64,000 bases of DNA. It comes from Entomortierella parvispora E1425 (Eukaryota; Fungi; Mortierellomycota). Each line of letters starts with the position of its first letter. Positions within the stretch are counted from its first letter, which is position 1. Both the position numbers and the translations under genes were made by a program. The DNA lies in assembly GCA_020891255.1 (NCBI GenBank), contig BQFW01000010.1, positions 1,736,001 through 1,800,000 on the forward strand, read 5' to 3'. The notes under the pieces are model-generated. The model saw only the letters and a list, made by a program, of their open reading frames with translations. It was not told the origin of the DNA and searched no databases. Shown in pieces: positions 12,925 through 28,919 of this stretch.

Positions 12925-14492
12925 ATGGTACTAAGGGGAAACACGCTCGATCTCCGATCGGTCACCATGTGGCGCATCCATCCATCGGGACATCGGGACG
13001 ACCATCCATCGATCCCTACACGCCAATGCAACCATCGACCTTCTCTCAACCGACGGCACCATCGTCTTCGAGTGGAGGGGAATCCTTACGTCGAGACTTT
13101 CGGGAGGCACTATGACCAAAATACACCTATCGACATGCATTCTGATTCTCCATCAGCCATGATGCGATGGAGAAATCCAATCGACTGTACTGTCGGCTTC
13201 ACTGAACGCCGCTGTCAATGACGACTGTGGTTACACTCTTGAAGGTCGTCCAGCATCTCAACATCATCCAGGAAAGACCATGACATCGATCAGTTTGCAA
13301 GGGATCATGGATTGGATGTTGAAGCACTAACTCGTTCTGAACAACCGTTCATCAACAACCGAACTTCACATGGGAACTTCAACAACGCTTGCTCATTGCG
13401 TCACTTCTGAACTCGTCCGAAACAAATCAGGAAAACATCAAGACTCTGCTCATGTAGAGAACCCTTTGATCAAGAAAGGCATACTGATCAGACGTCGTTG
13501 TGTTTATTGGCCTCTTTTCATCTGTAGGGTATTGACATTAAGAAGCACCACGTTCGCAACAAGAACCGTCAGGCTCCCAAGTCTGAGGATGTCTACCTGT
13601 TGTTGCTCGTCAAGGTATGAGGCGGGAAAGGCACAAAAAAAACAGGAATCAGGAGTATCAAAAAGGGACAGGAAAGCACAGGGATAGTCGACTCTTGCTT
13701 GCCGATCTTTGCTGCAACCAATATCCCAGCCTCCTCTATATTTCCGACTATGACGATGCACCATTCAGGACAAATATTTTTTAGCACCAGGTTGCTCAAC
13801 GTATCGAAGCGCGGTTTAGAAATTAACAGGACAATATGGCATGGAGAAGATCGGTGATTCAGCTGCTTTGGCTCAGGACAAACAGTCGATTCGGATTCGA
13901 GTGGTTGGGCACAGTTGACAAGCAGAGAAGCGGATGCAGATTCATTGTCCGGAGCAATCTTCAAACGGGGCACAGGATGAGTAAAGGAATGCAGCTCGAC
14001 TCACTCTTTTTCTTTTTCTTCGACCAACAGCTCTACCGCTTCCTCGCTCGCCGCACGGACTCTGCCTTCAACAAGGTCGTCTTGAAGCGTCTTTTTATGT
14101 CGCGCGTCAACCGCCCCCCCATGTCGGTTTCCCGTGTTGCCCGCAACATGGCCGGTAAGGATGGAAAGACCGCTGTCGTCGTTGGTACCGTCACCGATGA
14201 CAACCGTTTCCTCGAGGTCCCCAAGCTCTCCCTTGCTTGCTTGCGCATCACCAAGACCGCCAAGGCCCGCATCTTGAAGGCCGGCGGTGAGGTCATCACC
14301 TTCGATCAGCTTGCTCTCCGTGCCCCCACCGGTGCCAACACTGTCTTGCTCCGCGGTAAGAAGAACACCCGTGAGGCCGTCAAGCACTTCGGCATGGGTC
14401 CCGGCAAGCACGCCAAGCCCTATGTCCAGAGCAAGGGTCGCAAGTTCGAGAAGGCCCGTGGTCGTCGTGCCTCCCGCGGCTTCAAGGCTTAA
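12925..14492 (+). CDS. RPL18: 60S ribosomal protein eL18
   Basis: Exon 1 is ATG only (12925-12927). Exon 2 (13528-13614) is [29 protein letters not shown]. Exon 3 (14031-14492) is [24 protein letters not shown]...[18 protein letters not shown]. Confidence 0.97.
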
Positions 14493-14807
14493 ATGTCTTG
14501 CTTGCTTTCCAACAAACAAAAGTCAAGTGTTTGTGGTGGTGCTGTCAATCATTCCTACATTCGCTGTCGAAATAAAAAAAGAAAAAAAAAAGCCCTCCTC
14601 TTCCCTTTGGCTTCAAGAAAATGTATATAATATCAATTGATTTATTACGACAAGAAGCAAGTGCAGACGGAAAATATTACAAGGAGGGGGATTCGATGAT
14701 GAGTTGCCGGGACCAGAGGCTGGTATCGGAGTCAGTGAATAGGTGAACGAAAAGGACAGAAAGGAACATGTTCGTGAAATTGCAGACAAAAGAAACTGCC
14801 AAGTCAA

Positions 14808-16360
14808 CTACTCGCATTCATACCAACGAGCGTACACCTCTGGATGACACCGATGGACGGTCTCGAAGATATGGGCACCATTGCTCCAGGTGGACTCTGT
14901 ACTGCTGCTTTCCTCTACACTCTTGTCTTGTTTTTCACAGGTGAAGTCCAAGATTGCACTTTGGTCAAGGTTGTGAATACGCTCGGGAATCTTGGCACTC
15001 AAGGAAGGGTCAAAGAAGAACGGAATGCTGTAACGATCTTGACCCGAGGTGTTGTTCAAAACTCGGTGGACAGTGCCGTGGTAAAGTCCTCCGGTAAGAC
15101 GCTCGACGGACTGGCCCATGGTCACGATAAAGGTTTCTGGGATGGGCTGTGTCTCCATCCATTGGAGTGAAACTGGATCTTGACCCTGCAATCCACCCAC
15201 CATATCTTGGAGAAGGACAGTCAAGAAACCAGTATCCTTGTGGGCTCCACACCCGATCGTGGCCTCTTTCTGGACCGAGGGGTACTTGGCGCACTTGAGT
15301 CTGTAGTATGGGTCCTCACCAAACATTTCCTTGAAGTAAGAGCCCTTCAAACCGAGCGATAGAGCCACCGCTTCCATCAGGTGCTGCGATAGGGTCTCGA
15401 GCTGATCCATAAAGTCCAAGATGGTGGGCTGGAACGTGGGCAGGAGTTCCAAAGTCGAGGCGGGCCATTGGTTGGGTCCCTTCAGACCGTCATAGTCTGG
15501 CGAGTGCGAGGGACGGAAAGATTCGTTTGGAGTTTGCTCTGGACCAAACTGAAGCTGCTCACGATGGTCCACTTGATTATTTGTGAACTCATCGCCTGTG
15601 GTTGAAGATGGAGGCAGGATTTCGTTTGTTTGTTAGCAAGTGGATTGTGGAGCTCAATAACAGCGAAATGGTGTCTTTTTTGCATGAAAAGACCGCGCTT
15701 TGGTGTGAAGGACATGAATCAAACACGGAGAAAAATAATAAGGAGAAAGGGGAGTGGCCACAAGGAGAATTAATGAAGGTGAAGGAAGGAGAGCAACGGT
15801 TCAGGAACGTGCTGCTCAGTCGTTAATACTTTCTGAGAGAGTGCCGAAGGTGAACAGCAGAGGAGCATCCACACAGAGGCAGGTACAGGATCTCGGCGCC
15901 TGAAGGAAGCAGTAAAGGAAGGGCTATAAGCAATGGCTGAGAAGGGTCAGGAACCGCGTCACCTACCAATGAGCTTGTAGCCCCTGAAGTGCCGACTGTT
16001 GCCGATCATCATTTTCTTTTTTTCTTCAATGGGCAACGAGAAGTAATCCTGGACTGTCTTCATTGCCTGGGCTGTCATCTGGGTTGAGATGCCATGGTCT
16101 TTGATGTAGAATGTACCGAGCTCCATTAAAGATTGGCGCATCGCTTGAAGAAAGGTAGGGCGTGTCTGTGGATTGTGGAAGTCGGCCAATGACAAGGTCT
16201 TGACCTTTATGGAGGAGTGCGCCTTCGATGATTCTTTGAGAGTAGGGGGGGTGGCTGCAGTGGCAGTGGTTGTGCTGAGAAGAGCTTTAGTCAGAGTTTC
16301 GATCGAGTGGTTGCTGAGGATGGTTGGGTTCACCAATGAGGCCTGGGAGAGATGTAGCAT
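14808..16360 (-). CDS. 2-oxoglutarate/Fe(II)-dependent dioxygenase (isopenicillin N synthase-like, DIOX_N + 2OG-FeII_Oxy)
   Basis: GTFYIKDHGIS, RHFRGY, HKDTGFLTVLLQD (HxD), HRV and RYSIPFF (RxS) motifs. Exons 16360-15967 and 15595-14808. Confidence 0.92.
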
Positions 16361-19300
16361 TGCTGAGAAGATTGTTGGTTGACTGTGTAATGGAGTGTAA
16401 AGATGCTAGTGATGAAGCTAGGATGCTGGAACTGATGGGATTGTTGTAAGGTGGGAAGTTGGACGGATGAAAGGACAGACCGGACCTTTTTATAGATGCA
16501 TGCCCCAATAGCCATTTCGTTGGTAGCAACCCCAGATCTGAGATCATGATGGTGAGGTTGCGATGGGTGGTTGTTGTGTACCCGAAGGAGCCATGCAGTG
16601 AGATTCTCGATTGATGCGACAATGCAGGAGACGATACGGGTCGCCAGCTGCTGCATTGAATGGAACCATGCTCAACAATACAATCGACACTTTGCAAACG
16701 ATGATCCTGGGCGGGCTATTCTCAAAGAGGGAAACAGACAAAGTTCGTCAGGGGTCAGAGCTGGCTATTGTCTCCCTGTCTTCGGTGAAATGCAGAAGAG
16801 CACACAAAACAACAACAGCAATAACAAAACCGCTAAAAAAAAGGCCTATTCTCCACAGCTAGAACCAACTCGATTTCACGAAGACCGAAGAGGAGAGCAT
16901 GCATTTAGCTCCTTTCCTACAGGTCTCCTCTTTCTGCTCCTCTTCCTTTTGTTTTTACCCCTTGAGCTTGACGCCCTGTGGCCCTTCAACGGACAAGAGG
17001 CGATAAATGAAAAAAAAAAAAAAAAACGCGATCGAGAGAGCAAGCGAGCGAGCAGGCCTGAATATAGGTCGCGTTCCTGATTCCAGAGTTCATTTCACCA
17101 TTTCACGCGAGCTCAAGCTCAGTCTGGAGCTAACCGGGAGCACTCTGGTTGTGAGTGAGCAATGGCACCGAGTATTATTCAGTCCATTCCTCTCCAATTG
17201 ACTAGAGAAGGATTGAATTGCGCCCACGTTTAAGTAAAATGGTCAACAAAGCATGGTCCCCTCCGTTCTCGAACACATCCTTCTCTGCTCATGCCTCACA
17301 GGCATCTTGCAGCATCGTTCCATCCCCCTTTGTTTTCGCGTTTATTCCACTGGCATGTCGATAATTGAACGAACCCACAGACTACAAGAATCATTTGGGT
17401 TGTACGCCAGAAAATTAGTCCAAACCTGCACTTGTCGATCAGCGCTTCTCAAGGAGACACAAGACGATGCATGGGGTTGGGGGTAAGAAGAGAAGGGGAG
17501 GAGGGAAAGAGGGGCAAGGGGAGGGGCAGGACTAGCGGGACACAAGTGGGCGAGAAGAAGGAGCCCAGTGTTAGTCTTTGAGAAATTGCCGTATCCCTAT
17601 CCTAACAAGCATGCATCGGGAGCTTTGCGTTGATCTCAATTTACTTTCCTCCCGCAAGCAGCACCCACCCTCGTTTTCGTCCTTCCATGCAACTGACTAT
17701 GGGGTGCAGTGCAGCTGTACAGCAATGTCTTATTCTACTGTGATACTGTAACCGATCTGTGTAGGCTCGCTCAAGATGAACATGCTGTAGTTCAGTGTCA
17801 GGAACAAGCACTGTGCTATCGGTTGGCAGCCGAAATCGGAAAGAATGCGCGAGGCAATACCGTGGTGCAGATGTCTATTTCCGTCCAGGACTCGTTTCCT
17901 AGTGAGCGAGGTGTAGTTGATGCGTCGCCAAAGATGAATATGAAAATAAGTGTCATTAGTGACATCAAAAGCAACTCGAGGGGAATGGCTAATTGGGCCC
18001 AAACCAACGTTGACGCCCAATCCTTGTTGAGCACGACAGTAGCACGCCCTTTTGAGCCTCAAAGAATAGGTTTGTGACATCCATCAGTCTCCCGCACCCT
18101 CCTTTTTTTGAACTATACTATGGCCGCTGCCCTCCGTGTTCCTGGCGCTTTCTTCTGCTGGGCTCCCCCCAGACCGAAACAATTCTCTTTCAACGGCAAA
18201 ATAAAGTAGCCGTACCTGTATTTTTCATCCCGTCTTTGTTTGTTGATGTGATGGCGTGAATTTTCGTGATCTCTCTTGGGGCAGCAATTGGGTGCAGGAT
18301 CAAGAATCCCTGAGGGCTATAGATCAGACAAAGGTAAGGCAGATGACGGTCCCGTCCCAAAGTCAACAAGCATGCCTCAATCTCTTCAGGCAACGTAAAC
18401 ATGAAGGTTGCCCTGCTCTTAGCCCGCATCCCCGCCTTCCCATAGTTTCATCATACATATCTATCTAATTTAGTGGTCGGAAGCATAGCACTAAGATGGT
18501 CAATCGCCTGTGGAGCTGCCGCTGCAGCAGCTCGAATCATCTATCTGCCTTGGTGCCATTGAACTGAAAGTGAGCGCATTCAGAGTATTGTCCTGGAGGT
18601 CTCCTGCTTTTTTTTCTGGTCTCTGGGCGTCCATCGTCCCCTGATAATATTCTACAGTTCCCTCCCTTCCTCGCTCACCTCTCTTTAGATCGATTCAGTC
18701 CCCCACAAGGGCCTAAAGATTCTTAAGAGCAGTAGTGGAGGTTCTCTCCGCGCGATTGAGTCCTTGCATTCAAGTAGGAAGATCAGACCATAAGGGACTT
18801 AGTTCTGGGACGGTTACCGACTCTCGCCTTGGAACAAATCTTAAGGTTGCACCTCCTGCATCTTACTATCCCGATCTGCTTGAATCTCGGCAGTCGCGAC
18901 AAGAGAAAGATCACACAGGACACACAGCAAATCCAGAGACTGGCTTTTTTTTTTTTTTTTTCTTTTTTCAGAAATAACGAGGGGAAGGAGACAGGATCAA
19001 CGATGGTAGCGTATGACGCCGGATCGTCTGAGTAGTGACCATGTTGTTGCATTCTCCCCACGCGTGGGCAGATAGGTGCAGAGATGCACAGGTGGCAAAT
19101 GTTGTTTCAAGGCGCCTGCAGTTTCTCCACGCCTCTCGTGGCTTGCGTCTGTGCGTATTCATGCTGCCTGTCTGGCTGAAATGAGGGCGAGGTCATGACA
19201 GCAAACTCTGTGGACGATAGTGATGGTATCTTCCTTTAGAGTTAATACCAGCTATTGCCCCTGGAAACAAGGAATTGGGGGCAGTACAATCAACCCATTC

Positions 19301-19737
19301 ATGCATTTCCAGGTGAGGCACAAGCCAAATACGAGGGGAGCCATCAGGCTGCAAGGCTGATTATCTCGCAAAGAGACTGTGCACGAAAGTGACCATTGCC
19401 CGTGTTTGTATTTCCCAAATGGAGCACCAACAATGGCACAGTATCTAAAGCAGGCCTCACCTTGAAACGCGACGCGCCTGACCATGGACATGTTCAACAG
19501 CGCCAGGGGGTGGGGGGTCGACCTAGGCAACCTCACCGCTAGATTTTTTTTAGAAGAGTCTTCCTGCCTTGCACATCGATACTCTGTTCTCCCAATGACG
19601 TTTGTAGTACGTTTATTATATAGAATAACTAATATGATACAAGCTGCCTCTATGGAAAGGTGGCAGCAGGGTGCAGGCGAAGCCTGCGTAGGCACTCTCC
19701 GTGCCAAAAAGCCGACCCCATGTCATATATTGGTGGC

Positions 19738-20170
19738 TCAGTCAAGTTCACGGGCTTCGGCAGCCTTGCGATCAGCGTCCGCCTGCATTCTTGTCAGCTT
19801 TTCCTGGCGCTTGGCTGCCAACTCTGCATCCTTCGCGGCCTTCTTCTTTCCTTGACGAGTTTTTGGCACGGGTGGTGGTGGTAGATCAAAAGCCGTTGGC
19901 AAGAAGTAGTTAAAGGCAGTCATGGAAATCTTGTAACCCATGTACATGGCAATTGGGTAGTAGACATAAGCATTGCTGATATCGAACGCCTAGAGTGGAG
20001 TCGATCGATCCGCGATTGGAGTATTAGAGTGCAGTCTTGTGAGGATCCTTTATCTTCTGCTGCAGAAGGACGATGCAGGTTTGGGCAGTGACATCACTTA
20101 CAAAGCAAAAGAGGAGGGCAACGATGAGGATCCCAAATCCTACTGCAGCGAACAAGGGTGTGTTGGACAT
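19738..20170 (-). CDS. Small (~106 aa) orphan membrane protein with a basic helical tail
   Basis: Exon 20170-20102 (MSNTPLFAAVGFGILIVALLFCF), a GTAAGT...CTAG intron, then exon 19989-19738 in frame (AFDISNAYVYYPIAMYMGYK...KKKAAKDAELAAKRQEKL...). Confidence 0.65.
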
Positions 20171-20564
20171 TAGAGATGACCGACCGGAAGAGAGAGAAAA
20201 CGGAGGATGGGGTGATGAAAGGCGGATGAGGAGAGCAACTGAAAGGCAGCGAAGTCGTGGGATACCTGTCCCATGGGCGAATGGGGGCGATTGGGGCACG
20301 AAGGGAGCCAGGGTCTCTTCCCATTGGCTTGTTCGTCGGCATCCAATGAAACACCTTCGCGATTTTCATTACTGTCACGTGAAGGTACGTCGAGATGATG
20401 CGGATGCTGCAACCGCGAGGGGCAAAAAAAAAAGTGTGACTTTGATCTGTCGATTGATGTGTGTTTTTTTTCTTTTTTTTTTTTGTTTGCCCATTTCGGT
20501 CTTTTTCCTGCTCCTCATCCCCCTCTCACTTCCCTGCCATCCCTCAAGCAAAGGAACTTACAGC

Positions 20565-23179
<2,615 letters not shown>

Positions 23180-23475
23180 GGAGCTTTCCTTATATTTTTT
23201 AGTCTTGTTCATCATTTTGCATTTTTTCATACACCCGCCCAGAACCGAGGCAGCTGGGCCATGGTGCCATCGGGTCACTCACCCAGTCAGTGTCAGTCTG
23301 CCTCTCACACCCTCCACAATAAACAGTCACTTTCACTTATCTTCTTTCCTCCTCCACTCCTGTTCATCACATTCATCGCTCCGTCGCCCATCACCCAGTC
23401 TCTCCACACCTTGAACTTCATTGTCATCCACCACTCTATCCTCCCTTTGTTCCTATACTCTATTATTGCCCCGCC

Positions 23476-26400
23476 ATGTTGGTCGTTGCGATGCGTGCTG
23501 GGAGTGCAACTCAGAGGTCTATAACCCTTGCCGCCTTGCGACGCGCCCACCACCACCGGTCTGCCTTGCTCCTGACCCAGCGAGGACAGCGCTCCCACAA
23601 TAGCCATACTCATGCCACATCCTCCATAGTCCAGCCCAGCCTACCCTCGCGTTTCTTCACCTCCTCCTCTCATACCCGCTACGCGAACCAGCCTCCCAGA
23701 AACTCGACCTCCAACACAGGAGCCCAAGACGGTTCAGAGTCCGCCACCACTCGACTCACCCGGAAACGCCAGTCGAAGCAGGCCACCGCAGTCGAGTTTG
23801 GTCAGGCCGGCAAGGATACCACCTCTTCCACCCCCTCTGCCGCCTCTACTGCTGCTGTGCATTCATCTGATGAAGCCCGGCCTAGGAATCGCTCACATTC
23901 ATCGAAAGGTATATGCATCAACAATGCCCCCCCCCCCCCGAAGGGGGCTACCTCTGTGCCATAGGTGCGACCATGGGTCTGTGAGTGCGTTCTAACACGG
24001 GCGATGTTCTTTTGTTTGCCAACATAGCTGGAGATCCGTCGGCCGGTGATCCTATTCACTCTGCCTCAACCTCATCTACCCTCTTTCCGACACAGCCGCC
24101 CTATGGGCCCAGCTTCCAGGCTCGAGATATTGTTGGGGGAGGAGGGGGTGGAGGCGGGGACTCGAGCACGGGTGCAGCCAAGAGAAACGGAGTTGCAGGA
24201 CAGTCAGAGTGGATGGGCAATATCCAGAGCCCTCGAACCGTATGTCAGACTGGCTCTTGTGCTTATTGTCTTGCATGAGGAGACTAGGGTTGGACATCCT
24301 TTACTGACCTTTACTTTTCCCTCGCTACTGACGTTGCAGATTGTAAAGCATCTGGACGAATATGTCATTGGACAGGAAAAGGCAAAGAAGATACTTGCCG
24401 TGGCAGTCTACAACCACTACTCGCGCGTCAACGAGAATTTGCGGCAACAGCAGATCCAGGAGTCGCTCGCTGCGATCTCAAACTCATCTCACTCACCCTC
24501 CACGACCAACCCGATTTACTACGGGTCCAGTGTTTTGATGAGCGATGGACCAAGCACACCTGATCCCATTATTGAGCCATACAACACCCCCCCTTCTTCA
24601 CTTGCCTCGCCGACATCTTCGTCGACGCCTAGTTCAACCTCGACTCAGCCCGCAACGGACACTGCCAGTGGTGCAAGCAATGACATGCAATATGTCCCTG
24701 GTCGACGTAAGTGGGTGGTGACTCTTTCTCTCTCAATCCAGTCATGTCATGTGAAAACTCTATCGACAGGGGCACATTTGCCCTAAATAACTTTAGTCTG
24801 CGCTTGACCACTGGGGCCTGCGTGGGTGCTACAGGAATCTGCGGTTCTACGAACTGGGCTGGAGAGTGGCGTGCGCAGCTGACACCGGCATTATCTAACC
24901 TTGTCTTTCCACTTGTCCATGTAGAGGCAATCCACTATCCCCATCGGCAGCCCTGGATAAACTCTGCCTCCAGTGGCCACGGACATGGTCTTCCTCAGAA
25001 TCCACCCTCAATGTTTTCGCAGCCATACGATACATACCAACGACCTCCGGTGACCCCAACTCAACAGCAACAGCAACAACAGCAACAACAGCAACAATAC
25101 CAACAGCAGCAGCAGAGTGCACTCTCGGATGCTGCATCAAGGCAGCCACCCACCATCTTCGACAAGAGTAACGTGCTGCTTCTCGGACCTACAGGATCGG
25201 GGAAGACCCTGTTGGCTAGGACTCTAGCAAAGGTGCTCAATGTGCCCTTTTCTATGTCAGATGGTATGTATCTGATAAGCGCCCTCCCCTGTTGACGTTT
25301 GGCTGGCAAACAGAAATCCAATATACTAATATATGGTTGTGCAATAGCGACCCCATTCACGCAAGCCGGCTATGTAGGCGAGGATGTCGAGATGGTCATT
25401 CATAGACTCCTCCAGGTATGCGGTTTTGATTATTCTTGTCCTTTGGAGTAACAAAGGGGCTCGTCTCTAACCACACTGTACATGTTCAACTAGAACTGCG
25501 ACTACAACATCAAAAAAGCAGAGTGTGGGATAGTCTTTATTGATGAAATTGACAAGATCTCAAAGCGACCTGATACGATGTCTATCTCAAAGGATGTATC
25601 GGGTGAAGGTGTCCAACAAGCGCTTTTGCGAATGCTGGAGGGCACGGTGGTCAACGTTACCGAGAAGAATGGAAACAACTGGAATGGATCGACAGCAAAT
25701 GGTGGCAATGGTAGGAAAGGTGGTCTTCCCGGCATCGGGGGACCTGGCGCCAATGGCGGCAGTGGCGGACCTGGTGCTAAGGGCGAAGTTTACTCTGTGG
25801 ACACTAGCAACATCCTGTTCATCTTGAGTGGTGCTTTTATTGGACTGGAAAAGATTGTTTTGGACAGAGTCTCCAAGGGTTCGATCGGGTTCGATGCCAT
25901 GGTTCGCGCCCCTACCTCTGAACTAGGTTCTGCCAAGGGAGCGTCCTCTCAGGTCAGTCGTTTGTTGGACCAGGTCGATCCAGTAGGCAAGTACATTGTC
26001 CGAGTCGATTCACCATACGTAACGCTGGTGTTTATATACCAAGCTAACCTTCAATTCACCTCGTTGTCGTAGATCTTATCAAGTTTGGACTAATTCCAGA
26101 ATTTATTGGACGCCTGCCAGTTGTGGCTTCTGTAAATCATCTGGACTCTGCAGCGTTAGTGAGGGTTCTGACCGAGCCACGTAACTCTCTCGTCAAGCAG
26201 TATCAGGGTCTCTTTGGGCTCGGTGATATCAAGATCCACTTTTCACAAGAGGCACTTTTTACGATCGCCAACCAAGCCATTGAGAAGCAAACAGGTGCTC
26301 GCGGCTTGAGGCGCATCATGGTACGTCAGTTATTTTTGTGATTGAAACCCAACCCACAGGTTACAGATAGCTCCTTGAATGCTCACATTTGCTATTTTTG

Positions 26401-26653
26401 CTTGCTCTCCACAATCATATAGGAGTCACTGTTGCTGGAGGTCATGTACGAGGCCCCTGGATCATCCATCAAACACATTGTTATTGACAAGGAAGTAGCG
26501 CTTGGAAAGAAGCCCGCGTTGTGCTTCACCAGGGGTGCCGAGTCTAGCGTGACGGCAGCCTTGGATCGGGACGATGTAAATCGAAACAGGAATGCAGCTG
26601 TTAATGGGGTGCAAGAAGATGAGTCGGTGCCCGTAGAAGCAGTTTCTTTGTAA
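23476..26653 (+). CDS. MCX1: Mitochondrial ClpX AAA+ unfoldase
   Basis: Presequence-like N-terminus; [66 protein letters not shown]-like [13 protein letters not shown] and TGARGLR motifs. Poly-Q insert near 25060-25113. Confidence 0.93.
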
Positions 26654-26815
26654 TGCCTCCGAACGCAAATTGACGATCAACCCTTACGACACCCCGTCGT
26701 TCAGTCGACTTTCTCAATGACCGAATTGTAAATAAATTGATACATGAAACTGAGATGGATGAAATGTATATTGATGAATAGTATGGTACATGGGCACAAG
26801 TTGCTATGGTAATAT

Positions 26816-28587
26816 TTAGTACTTCCAGCTAGAAAACAGAGAAGAGTAGTGTTAGTACAATGGAGACATTGAGGCCATACATTCCAAGGAGAGAAAAAAA
26901 AACTGAAACAAGACAAAGCCGAGAAACATACATCTTCAAAGTCTTGTCCTTGCTTCCACTGGCGGCTTTGTCACCCGATGGACTCCAATCGACTGTGAAG
27001 ACCTCGTCCAAATGTCCTGGGAGTTCCATCTTCATCTTCTTTGTCTTGATATCCCACAGCTTGATGGTGCTGTCCTTACTGCAGGAAAGCAACATTCTGC
27101 TATCACTCGACCAAACAACCTGGTACACCTCAGCGACGTGGCCTCTGAGTGAGGCAATGAATTTACCATCGCGACTGTCCCAGATCTTGACTGACTTGTC
27201 AAAACTGGCCGAGGCAATATAGCGACCATCGGGTGAGAAGCTGACGTGGTTGACAGTTTTTTGGTGACCCACCATTCTTTTGGGTGCAGCCTTTTTGCCC
27301 TCGGCGCCTTCTTCCTTCTTGTTGGGCCAGAGATACATTGTGAAATCGTCGGATCCGGAGCAAAGTCTCTCCGGGTTGAGGGCAATTGCCTGTTCATAAC
27401 GCTGAAGCGCCCTCTTCTGAGCTTCAGCCTCATCCTTGTACATCTTTCCAGTGTGATCGTTGGCGCCTGTTCTCAAAACCCCATCCGTGCTCAAGGCCAA
27501 GGTGGTGACCCAATGAGCATGTCCCGAGAGAACCTTCACCAACTTTCCTGGGTGAGGTCCAGTCGAAGCCCAGACCTTGATGGTCTTATCTCTGGAAGCC
27601 GAGTAGATCAATCCATCTCCTGCCCATTTGACACACATGACGGGTGCGGTATGTTGAGCCATAGAAAACTCGAGTTGTTTCTTAACAACATCCCACACGC
27701 GAACAGTCCCATCTGAGGAAGACGATGCCAATCTCCTGCAAGCAGAGTTCCTATTTTTTTTTTTTTTTTTTTTTGAAGACGATACATATCTCAAAGTTAA
27801 CAAATGACTCTTATAGAAACACAATATGACAGACTCCATGGTCAAACTTACAAGTGCAAAGGCTCCCAGGCAAGGGCGCTCACCCACTTCTGATGTCCCT
27901 TCAATGTCGCATGTTGCTTTCCAGTCTTGGGATCCCAGACAATGACCAATCCATCCATGCCAGCCGAAGCAAGATACTTTCCATTGGGACTCCAGGAGAC
28001 GTGCTGGACCCAATGCGTATGGCCCTTCAATTGATGCTGGGGTGTCTCTGTATTCAAATCCCAGATGCGAACGGTGGTGTCGCCTCCTCCAGAAGCCAAC
28101 ATGGTACCACAAGGCGAGAACTGCACGCAGAGGATAGCGTCCGTATGACCGGTGAGCGAAGACGAGCAGCGAGTCACAGCTCTAACACGGAAGACAGCCT
28201 GGGGTCTGTAAATAATCTTGAATGTTTCTTCAGTTGAGTGCTTCCCGCTCTGAATGATATCCTGATCCAATGTGTTGACAATCTCGGTCTCGGCAATCTC
28301 AAAAGTATATGGCAAAGGATCCTCTTCCTGTTGGTTGAAAAAAGAAATGGAGAAAGAAAATGTTAGTTTGCTACCAGAAAATGACGAGGGAAGCGCTCTG
28401 TTCAAGCATTTTCAAGCTTGGGAAAATCGTATCATATTTGTCTGATCTTACAGTGCCCAAGAGGCTGTTCAACAACAGGGCAAGGTGCTCTTGATTCACA
28501 TCGACGGGCAAGCTCAGGGCGGGACCCGAGGCTACACCCTCCTCATTGTAGAACTGAGCGATAACGTTGGCCTTTTCTTCAGCCATG
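26816..28587 (-). CDS. RSA4: Notchless/Rsa4 WD40 ribosome assembly factor
   Basis: N-terminal NLE/UBL domain (MAEEKANVIAQFYNEEG...PYTFEI...IIYRPQAVFRVRAVTRCSSSLTGH), followed by WD repeats, ERLCSGSDDFTMYLW and a terminal micro-exon IWKY*. Confidence 0.93.
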
Positions 28588-28919
28588 ATATTGTATTGCA
28601 GAGTAGAGGAGAGATAGGGAGAGTGGGGAGATGGTATAAGAAAGAGGGGATGACAGAGGAGGATGGGATGAGGCACAGACAATCAAATGAACAATGCTGT
28701 AGAAACGACCCATTCGCCACCAACCAATGCCTCAAAAAAAAAAAAAAAGAAAGAAAAAAGGTAAACAAGCCACAAACCAAACAATACATCATGTGACCAT
28801 CGAGTTAGTGGCGAAAAATAATGAGCTTAATTTAATTTTATTATTTTTATTCGAAGTAAAAATGTTGTAGTTTTTGGTATCTTTCGTTTTTTTACTTTTT
28901 TTAGGTGGCAGGCAGGGAA

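Noticed and set aside
18386-18453. Minus-strand ATGATGA...CTGA pair resembling a C/D snoRNA in the 16.4-19.7 kb intergenic region
   Set aside because: There is no terminal stem and no recognisable rRNA-complementary guide; such box pairs occur by chance.
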